Source of the DNA: an uncultured Pseudomonadota bacterium
GTDB taxonomy: Bacteria; SAR324; NAC60-12
Direction of reading: 5' to 3'
NCBI GenBank assembly: GCA_913020725.1
Contig: CAJWCD010000103.1
Location: 1 to 13,751 of the forward strand
Length of the DNA stretch: 13,751 bases
Under the pieces are notes generated by a model. The model was given only the letters and a program-made list of their open reading frames with translations, made no database searches and was not told the DNA's origin. Each line of letters opens with the position of its first letter. Positions within the stretch are counted from its first letter, which is position 1. The position numbers and the translations under genes are program-made. This document shows, in pieces, positions 7,743 through 13,751 of this stretch.

Positions 7743-8042
7743 ATGAAAAAATTGCTCCTGTTCATCGGACTGATGGCTGTGGGTGCACCCCTCTACGCCG
7801 CAGAGTATGGAGAAATGGCAACGTTCGGAATCGCGCTGGGCGCAGGACTGGCCATCGGCATCGCCGCACTCGGTGGCGGCATCGGCCAAGGCATGGCCAT
7901 GCGCGGTGCCCTCGAAGGCATCGCTCGCAACCCGAACGCTACGGACAAAATCTTTACCCCCATGATCATCGGCCTCGCCCTCATCGAGTCCCTCGTGATC
8001 TACGGTTTGGTGATCGCGTTCATGCTTCAGGGCAAGATCTGA
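7743..8042 (+). CDS. atpE: F0F1 ATP synthase subunit c
   Basis: AAGGAA before the ATG at 7743. [18 protein letters not shown], the ARNP loop and [13 protein letters not shown] with the essential Glu. Confidence 0.97.
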   Translation: MKKLLLFIGLMAVGAPLYAAEYGEMATFGIALGAGLAIGIAALGGGIGQGMAMRGALEGIARNPNATDKIFTPMIIGLALIESLVIYGLVIAFMLQGKI

Positions 8043-8052
8043 CCCTGCCGCC

Positions 8053-8117
8053 GCAGCCTCCGGGCTGCTGCACTCCGCCCCTGTGGTGGAATCCACCGCA
8101 CCGCCAAGCTTGTTTTT
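8053..8117 (+). terminator. Tandem hairpins after atpE (terminator or mRNA stabiliser)
   Basis: GCAGCC-TCCG-GGCTGC (8053-8068) and TGTGGTGG-AAT-CCACCGCA (8082-8100), with TTGTTTTT at 8110-8117. Confidence 0.4.
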
Positions 8118-8129
8118 ACAAATCTCGGC

Positions 8130-9029
8130 ATGATCGCAGACCGGGATTTCTACAGCCTCCTGCGTCAGCAGGAGTTACTGCTGCGCCCCAACCGCTCTTC
8201 CTCCCAGCTCGGATTCCATCCGCTCTCGCACCGGGGTCGCAGTCTGGAATTTTCAGAGTACCGTGAATACCACCCCGGAGAGGATTTGCGTGATCTCGAC
8301 TGGAAGCTCTTCGCCCGCACTGACCGCTACTACGTCAAACAACGCGACAGCCACACGCCTGCTACTGCGTTGCTACTCGTTGATGACTCTGCGTCCATGC
8401 AATTTCACTCGAAGCGAGCCACGGTTTCCAAGCTCCGAGCTGCTCTACTCTGCGCGTTCGCATTCGCGTATGTCCTGCATCGCCAAGGCGACGCTCTCGC
8501 CTTCCGGACCCTTTCGCAAGCTCAACCGACAGTGCCACCACGCACCTCGCGACGAGCGTTCCGACACCTCGTCCAGAGCTTGAAAAAAGCCGATCAGGCT
8601 GAACCTGTGTCAGCAGTGGTTGGAGGTCCGGAGGCTTTGGATTTGCGCCCGAAATCGGTGGACCACCTGTTCTTTATCTCGGATTTCCTGATTCCGGAAG
8701 TGCAGCAAACCTCGTGGCTGGACGCACTCCAGCAGATGGCATTTCGCTCCACCTGCATTCGGGTGCTCGATCCCTTTGAGGCGAATCCGGACGACAGTGT
8801 TTCGCATTTGGAGGAACTGGAGTTTCCCAAGGCAAACCGAGTGGTGGGTCCCGAAGACTGGCAGGACTACCGGGAGCGCTTCCGAGAACATGGGGAGCAG
8901 TGGGCCCAAGCGTGTAAAGCCCGCCGCTTTGCGTGGCACGAATTGTCGTCTGGAGGTGAAGTGCCAGTGGCGATTCGGACGTTGCTGGGAACGCCGGGGT
9001 TGGTGCCGGGGGGAGGTCGGCTCAGGTGA
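8130..9029 (+). CDS. DUF58 / VWA-like domain protein
   Basis: GRSLEFSEYREYHPGEDLRDLDWKLFART is the DUF58 signature. Also LLLVDDSASM (MIDAS-like), FFISDF and VLDPFE. Confidence 0.92.
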   Translation: MIADRDFYSLLRQQELLLRPNRSSSQLGFHPLSHRGRSLEFSEYREYHPGEDLRDLDWKLFARTDRYYVKQRDSHTPATALLLVDDSASMQFHSKRATVSKLRAALLCAFAFAYVLHRQGDALAFRTLSQAQPTVPPRTSRRAFRHLVQSLKKADQAEPVSAVVGGPEALDLRPKSVDHLFFISDFLIPEVQQTSWLDALQQMAFRSTCIRVLDPFEANPDDSVSHLEELEFPKANRVVGPEDWQDYRERFREHGEQWAQACKARRFAWHELSSGGEVPVAIRTLLGTPGLVPGGGRLR

Positions 9030-9038
9030 TGGATTTCG

Positions 9039-9515
9039 CTACGCTGGTTCTGCCTTGGCAGTTTTGGGAGTCGTGTCAACATCCGGAGCAGGTGAGGCGT
9101 CCGCAAGCGTTTGCTTGAGCGAGTCGGTTCTGGAAGCTTCGTCTTTCTGGACGGTTTCCTCGGAAGCTTCAACTTGGGCCACTTTTTCAGCAGGTTTGCT
9201 TTCCAGCGCGTCAGCAATCGCTTCCAGCTTGCCTGACGTGTCGAGATTCGAGAACGGAAGCTTGGCCTGTTTGGCGACACTGCCGAACTCGCTCTCCAAT
9301 TCCGTCTTGGCGTCTTTCACGTCCTTGAGATCGATCTCGCGCTCGATGTCGCGCATCTCATCCTGGACGGTGGTGCGAACGTCATTGGTCGCCCGCTTGA
9401 GTTGCACCAAGCCTCGACCCACAGAGCGCATTACACCCGGAAGCTTGTCGGGACCGATGAAAATAAGCGCGACAACAACGATAACCATCATTTCCGGGAA
9501 ACCGATACCAAACAT
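9039..9515 (-). CDS. tatB: Twin-arginine translocase subunit TatB (TatA/B family)
   Basis: Internal ATG at 9515 of the 9039..10397 ORF gives MFGIGFPEMMVIVVVALIFIGPDKLP, with the TatB-type Glu and GPxxLP. An amphipathic helix and long acidic tail follow. 158 aa. Confidence 0.88.
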   Translation of the reverse strand: MFGIGFPEMMVIVVVALIFIGPDKLPGVMRSVGRGLVQLKRATNDVRTTVQDEMRDIEREIDLKDVKDAKTELESEFGSVAKQAKLPFSNLDTSGKLEAIADALESKPAEKVAQVEASEETVQKDEASRTDSLKQTLADASPAPDVDTTPKTAKAEPA

Positions 9516-9602
9516 GAGACGCCTTTTCTGTAGTAATTTGGCGCATCTGCGCCGATATTGAGTGAAATAGATTATTTTATCTTGGACTCCACAAGAACGC
9601 AA

Positions 9603-11429
9603 ATGCCCTGTGACTACATCGCCGTTTTGGATTTCGGCAGCCAGTACGCCCACTTGATCGCCAAGCGCCTGCGCCACCTCGGATTCTACACTGAGATCCA
9701 TGCACCCGTCACCGACCGCGCCACCCTCGAAAATGCACGAGGACTCGTCCTCTCCGGAGGCCCGGCCTCGGTGTTTGCGGAAGACGCGCCCGTGTTCAAC
9801 CCCGATTTGCTGAACCTCGACCTGCCGATCCTTGGCCTTTGCTACGGCCACCAACTCGTGGCCCGCAAGTTTGGAGGCGTGATCAAAAACACCGGAATTG
9901 GCGAGTTCGGCAAGGCGCAGCTCCAGAGAGTCGCGGATTCCCCGCTTTGGGAAGGGGTGGCGTTTCCAAGCCAAGTCTGGATGAGCCACCAGGACAGCGT
10001 GACTGAATGCCCTCCGGACTTCCGGGCTATCGCCGCAACCGCCCCCGGTCAACTCACCGCGCTCCAGCACCAGCAGCGTCCGGTCTTCACACTCCAGTTC
10101 CATCCGGAAGTCACCGACTCTGTATGCGGCACCACCATCCTTGGCAACTTTGCACGGCTCTGCAACGTCCGTGGCCGCTGGACGATGGCAGCCTTCATCA
10201 CCGCAACAGCCCTCCGGATTCAGGAGGAAGTCGGCGAGCGCAAGGTGTTGATGTTTCTCAGCGGTGGAGTGGATTCCTCGGTCGCTTTTGCACTGCTTGT
10301 CAAGACGCTGGGAACGGAGCGGGTGCAAGGCTTGTTCATCGACAACGGATTCATGCGCAAGCACGAAGGCAAGCAAATCATGGAGCGTTACCGTCACCTC
10401 GGCTACTCAAACGTTGAGGCGCGGGACTACAGTGCAACCTTTCTAGCCGCTGTTTCCGGCATCACTAATCCACAAGCAAAGCGCAAGGCCATCGGCGCAA
10501 CTTTCATCCAAATGCGCGACCGCTTTCTCCAAGAACTCGACCTGCGGCCTGAAGAGTGGATGCTGGGGCAGGGCACGCTCTACCCGGACATCATCGAGTC
10601 CGGCGGCACCGCACACGCCAACGTCATCAAGTCGCACCATAACCGCGTGCAGGAGGTGGTGGACCTGATGGCGTCCGGACAGGTCGTTGAACCGCTCAGG
10701 GATCTTTACAAGGACGAGGTTCGGCAGGTGGGCAAGTTGCTTGACTTGCCAGAGGAACTCGTTTGGCGGCATCCGTTTCCGGGACCAGGCCTCGCGATCA
10801 ATGTCCTCTGCACCAACGGCAACGAGGAATTTCTGGAAGCAACCGCTACGGAAAAGGCGATTCGCGCCTGCTTCAACAATCCGAATGTGCGGGCCGCTGT
10901 ACTGCCTGTGCGTTCCGTTGGAGTGCAGGGCGATCAGCGCACCTACACCTCGCCCGCGACCCTTTGGAACACCCCCTGCGACTGGGACTGGCTGGAGGAG
11001 ACTTCTATCCGCATCACCAACACCGTGCGCTCCGTCAACCGTGTGGTGCTGGTACTCAATAGGCAGGGTGGATTAGCTCCGGAAACCCAAGCACTCGATT
11101 TCCTACTGCGGGAAGCCTACTGCACCAAGGATCGGCTTGCTCTCCTCCGAGAGGCCGATGTGCTGGCGACCCAAGCCTTGGAGCACCACGGTCTCATGCA
11201 CGAAATCTTCCAACTGCTCGTCATCCTGCTCCCCATCTCTCGGAGCGGCCACAACGACAGCGTGGTGCTGCGCCCCGTGGTTTCCGAAGACGTGATGACT
11301 GCGCAGTTCGCTCGCCTCGACTGGAATCTGCTGGATGCGCTCACCGTCGACTTGCTCGAACTTCCGGGGGTGGACACCGTCTTCTACGACATTTCCCACA
11401 AGCCGCCAGCTACCTTTGGGTGGGAGTGA
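9603..11429 (+). CDS. guaA: GMP synthase (glutamine-hydrolysing), long form
   Basis: VLDFGSQYAHLI, LSGGPASV, GLCYGHQ, FHPEV, PP-loop SGGVDS, GTLYPDIIES, IKSHHN, RHPFPGPGL and C-terminal KPPATFGWE. Start placed at ATG 9603 (608 aa). Confidence 0.97.
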   Translation: MPCDYIAVLDFGSQYAHLIAKRLRHLGFYTEIHAPVTDRATLENARGLVLSGGPASVFAEDAPVFNPDLLNLDLPILGLCYGHQLVARKFGGVIKNTGIGEFGKAQLQRVADSPLWEGVAFPSQVWMSHQDSVTECPPDFRAIAATAPGQLTALQHQQRPVFTLQFHPEVTDSVCGTTILGNFARLCNVRGRWTMAAFITATALRIQEEVGERKVLMFLSGGVDSSVAFALLVKTLGTERVQGLFIDNGFMRKHEGKQIMERYRHLGYSNVEARDYSATFLAAVSGITNPQAKRKAIGATFIQMRDRFLQELDLRPEEWMLGQGTLYPDIIESGGTAHANVIKSHHNRVQEVVDLMASGQVVEPLRDLYKDEVRQVGKLLDLPEELVWRHPFPGPGLAINVLCTNGNEEFLEATATEKAIRACFNNPNVRAAVLPVRSVGVQGDQRTYTSPATLWNTPCDWDWLEETSIRITNTVRSVNRVVLVLNRQGGLAPETQALDFLLREAYCTKDRLALLREADVLATQALEHHGLMHEIFQLLVILLPISRSGHNDSVVLRPVVSEDVMTAQFARLDWNLLDALTVDLLELPGVDTVFYDISHKPPATFGWE

Positions 11430-11469
11430 GTTCGTTCGGTTTTGCGGGATTTTCAGGAATTGGCAGGAC

Positions 11470-11543
11470 TGGAGGTGTCGAGCGGGATCGAACCGCTGTA
11501 CGAGGTTTTGCAGACCTCTGCCTAACCACTCGGCCACGACACC
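11470..11543 (-). tRNA. tRNA-Cys(GCA)
   Basis: Acceptor GGTGTCG/CGACACC, anticodon arm GAGGT-CTGCAAA-ACCTC, T arm AGCGG-TTCGATC-CCGCT, U73 discriminator and CCA. Confidence 0.98.
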
Positions 11544-11556
11544 TTCCGTACCCTCC

Positions 11557-11584
11557 AGTCTAGTCGCCCCCCTTGGAAATTCAA
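11557..11584 (-). promoter_or_regulatory. Putative sigma70 promoter of tRNA-Cys
   Basis: Minus-strand TTGAAT, 16-nt spacer, TAGACT, ending 13 nt before the tRNA. Confidence 0.5.
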
Positions 11585-11605
11585 GTGTAAATCCCCCGAT
11601 TCTCC

Positions 11606-11633
11606 TTGCACCTCCGGGCAGATTTCGTATCCT
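11606..11633 (+). promoter_or_regulatory. Putative sigma70 promoter of tRNA-Leu(GAG)
   Basis: TTGCAC, 16-nt spacer, TATCCT, ending 21 nt before the tRNA. Confidence 0.55.
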
Positions 11634-11654
11634 GTTTACTTGCCCACCTGAATT

Positions 11655-11740
11655 GCCGAGGTGGTGGAACTGGTAGACACGCTGTCTTGAGGGGTCAGTG
11701 GGCTATGCCCGTGGGGGTTCGAGTCGCCCCCTCGGCACCA
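11655..11740 (+). tRNA. tRNA-Leu(GAG), with two stem mismatches
   Basis: Acceptor GCCGAGG/CCTCGGC, D arm GTG/CAC, anticodon arm CTGTC-TTGAGGG-GTCAG, variable arm GGGC-TAT-GCCC, T arm GGGGG-TTCGAGT-CGCCC, then A and CCA. Confidence 0.93.
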
Positions 11741-11864
11741 TCGACCTGTCCGGGACTCTCCGGAATCATCCAGAAAAAAGCCTGATATCCCTTGAAAACA
11801 CAGGGATTTATCAAATTAACCCGCTGAGAGCTTCCAAAACTGTCCGCTTGTATCCGGGATTAAA

Positions 11865-11915
11865 TGCTGGTATAAATGAGGGTATATTTGAATTCGATTT
11901 TCGAATATACCAGCA
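11865..11915. repeat. Putative arm-type repeats (GGTATA direct pair plus inverted copy)
   Basis: TGCTGGTATA at 11865-11874, GAGGGTATATTT at 11878-11889, and TATACCAGCA at 11906-11915, a perfect 10-bp inverted copy of the first. Confidence 0.65.
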
Positions 11916-12007
11916 AATCGAGGTGAAATGGGCGTGGATTTTCCTGTTTTTTCATTTGGGATGATAGAATCATCTTTGATTGATTTTCTTTGCAAATATA
12001 ATTAAAA

Positions 12008-12601
12008 ATGATTATATTAATTAATGGTCCCTCTAGTTCAGGAAAATCAACATTAATTGATCAGTTTATAAAAAAATCAAATAAAGAATTCATTAAAGTT
12101 GCATTTGATGATATTTTATATTTAATTCATAAGGTTAATTGGTCAAAGCAATTGTTAAGTATCCTTGGTGAGAATATAATCAAAAACAAAAAAGAATTCT
12201 TTTATTATAATGAAGAATCTAATGATAAAAATGATTTATATAGAATAAAATTTAACAATTCATATACTGAATTATTATATTCGATGCACTCTTTTTGGAA
12301 AATATTAATTGATAATGGTTTTAATATTATTATAGATCATATTTTTTTATACGAAAATTGGTATAATGATTTTTCGTCAAAAATAAATATTAACAATTGC
12401 ATAAAAATTGGAATATATTGTGATCTTTCAATATTAAATAAAAGGGAAATGAAAAGAGGTGATAGACCTTTAGGTGTAGCAGAAAGGTCATCTCAATTAG
12501 TACACAATCATAAAATAGTATATGATTTTAAATTAAATACACATAAGATGAATAAAGAAGAATGTATTAATTTTGTTTTTAATAATCTGAAAGATCTATA
12601 A
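12008..12601 (+). CDS. Chloramphenicol phosphotransferase (CPT)-like P-loop kinase
   Basis: IILINGPSSSGKST Walker A, NIIIDH, lid motif ILNKREMKRGDRPLG, and VHNHKIVYDFKLNT. These match the CPT family pattern. Substrate unknown. Confidence 0.85.
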   Translation: MIILINGPSSSGKSTLIDQFIKKSNKEFIKVAFDDILYLIHKVNWSKQLLSILGENIIKNKKEFFYYNEESNDKNDLYRIKFNNSYTELLYSMHSFWKILIDNGFNIIIDHIFLYENWYNDFSSKININNCIKIGIYCDLSILNKREMKRGDRPLGVAERSSQLVHNHKIVYDFKLNTHKMNKEECINFVFNNLKDL

Positions 12602-12609
12602 ATTAACAA

Positions 12610-13662
12610 ATGCGATATATTCAAACTGTAAATGGTAAAATAACACCTGACGAATTAGGAATTACATTACCACATGAGCATTTAATAATCGATTATACAA
12701 AAATGCTTGTTGACTATGATGAAGACGAAATTAAAGATTTAAAATATGAAAAAATTAATTGTAAAAATCGAAATTTAATAAGTAAATATTTCAATGCAAA
12801 CCTTGACAACATGAAACTCGACAATATCAACATTGCTGTCAATGAAATTAATTTTTTTAAAAAACACAAAGGTAATACTATTGTTGAAGTAACTACAATA
12901 GGTATTGGTAGAAATGTTATTAAATTACAAAAAATATCTCAAAAATCAGGTATTAATATTATTAGTGGTACAGGATTTTATACACAACCTTCTAATCCTT
13001 ATCCTCCATGGTTTTTTAAATCTGATAAAAAAAAATTAACTAATTATTTTATTAATGAAATAATTAATGGGATAGATGACACTAATATCTGTGCAGGTTT
13101 TATTGGAGAAATTGGATGTTCATACCCTTTGCATCCTGATGAATATAAGGTTTTAGTTTCGTCTATATATGCATCAAAAGAACTAAATACATGTCTAATG
13201 ATTCATCCTGGTCGTTCTGAAAAATCAATAAATCAAATAATTAAAGTATTAAAAGAACATAATGCAAATTATGAAAAAATTATTTTATGCCATATTGAAA
13301 GAACAGTATTTTCTTTTAATAATTTAAAAAGTATTTTAAATTTAGGTATAAATATCGAATTTGATTTATTCGGTTGGGATCTTTCTTATGTACATCTAAG
13401 AAGAGAACCTCCTGTACATGTGCCAGATGATTATGAAAAAGTTAAAACGATAAAAAAAATTATAGATTTAGGATTTGAAAAACAAATCTTAATCTCACAT
13501 GATATTCATAACAAGCATAGGCTCGTTAAATATGGTGGGCATGGTTATCACCATATTTTAAGAGATGTTATACCTGTTTTAATGAAAATAAATAATTTTT
13601 CTAAAGATTCCATAAAAAATATTATTATTAATAATCCAAAAAGAATATTTACAATCAATTAA
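12610..13662 (+). CDS. Phosphotriesterase-related amidohydrolase (PTER/Php family)
   Basis: IQTVNG..LGITLPHEHL (HxH), TIVEVTTIGIGR, GFIGEIG (bridging Glu), IHPGR, LCHIERT, EFDLFG and LISHDIH..RLVKYGGHGY. Confidence 0.93.
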   Translation: MRYIQTVNGKITPDELGITLPHEHLIIDYTKMLVDYDEDEIKDLKYEKINCKNRNLISKYFNANLDNMKLDNINIAVNEINFFKKHKGNTIVEVTTIGIGRNVIKLQKISQKSGINIISGTGFYTQPSNPYPPWFFKSDKKKLTNYFINEIINGIDDTNICAGFIGEIGCSYPLHPDEYKVLVSSIYASKELNTCLMIHPGRSEKSINQIIKVLKEHNANYEKIILCHIERTVFSFNNLKSILNLGINIEFDLFGWDLSYVHLRREPPVHVPDDYEKVKTIKKIIDLGFEKQILISHDIHNKHRLVKYGGHGYHHILRDVIPVLMKINNFSKDSIKNIIINNPKRIFTIN

Positions 13663-13698
13663 TATGGATGTTGATTTTGATTCATTTTTAAATACCAT

Positions 13699-13733
13699 AA
13701 AAAAATCCCCGCTGCAAGCAGACGGGGTATTTT
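13699..13733 (-). terminator. GC-rich hairpin, probable intrinsic terminator (strongest for a convergent minus-strand transcript)
   Basis: The minus strand reads AAAATACCCCGTCTGCTTGCAGCGGGGATTTTTTT. The plus strand has a TATTTT tail. It lies about 40 bp after the hydrolase stop. Confidence 0.55.
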
Positions 13734-13751
13734 GGACGCTTTTGAGAAAAG

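Larger units (their letters stand above)
11741..13751. mobile_element. AT-rich genomic island beginning at the tRNA-Leu(GAG) 3' end (extends beyond window)
   Basis: GC falls from about 58% to about 23% in sampled lines after the tRNA. Att-arm-like motifs are shared with the left element. No mobility gene is visible. Confidence 0.75.

Noticed and set aside
9516..10397. Apparent 452-aa fusion ending in TatB
   Set aside because: The upstream part is the antisense frame of guaA, and TatB must begin with its N-terminal TM helix at 9515.
11455..11463. AGGAATTGG just downstream of tRNA-Cys, also found at 1215-1223 downstream of tRNA-Leu(TAA)
   Set aside because: It is only 9 bp, lies at a different distance from the tRNA end and has no other shared motif nearby, so it is compatible with chance.
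11103..11964. ORFs 11103..11537, 11335..11676 and 11698..11964
   Set aside because: They overlap guaA or the tRNA genes and att-like DNA, with no protein-like features.
12008..12601. Calling the kinase a chloramphenicol resistance gene
   Set aside because: Family motifs alone do not establish the substrate, and most CPT-like proteins are uncharacterised.
1..13751. CRISPR array, rRNA, retron or other defence genes
   Set aside because: I found no regularly spaced repeats, rRNA-like sequence, or reverse transcriptase or nuclease motifs on either strand.

Overview
The window is a GC-rich bacterial housekeeping block (hand-counted sample 35/60 GC at 4981-5040) with a tRNA-anchored island edge at each end. 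The split Fo operon and gene style suggest a deltaproteobacterial or SAR324-like host, but that is inference only. Left: a P4-like tyrosine integrase (1-923, minus strand, runs off the window and is absent from the ORF track) lies just downstream of tRNA-Leu(TAA). Core: two divergent secreted hypothetical proteins, a minus-strand rplU-rpmA-trpS-purB run, a divergent atpZ-atpI-atpB-atpE Fo cluster, a DUF58 protein, tatB, a long-form guaA, tRNA-Cys(GCA) and tRNA-Leu(GAG). Right: after tRNA-Leu(GAG) the DNA becomes very AT-rich (sample 14/60 GC at 12001-12060) and encodes a chloramphenicol-phosphotransferase-like kinase and a PTER/NaaS-like amidohydrolase. The most notable hidden signal is that the non-coding DNA after the two different tRNA-Leu genes shares a colinear set of motifs, including a palindrome with compensatory changes. 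On the right, the position equivalent to the integrase start holds only a Shine-Dalgarno plus ATG and a 25-codon ORF, and that tRNA-Leu has two stem mismatches. I see no firm evidence of a wholly new system. The best candidates are the integrase-less att-arm island and its kinase/hydrolase cargo.
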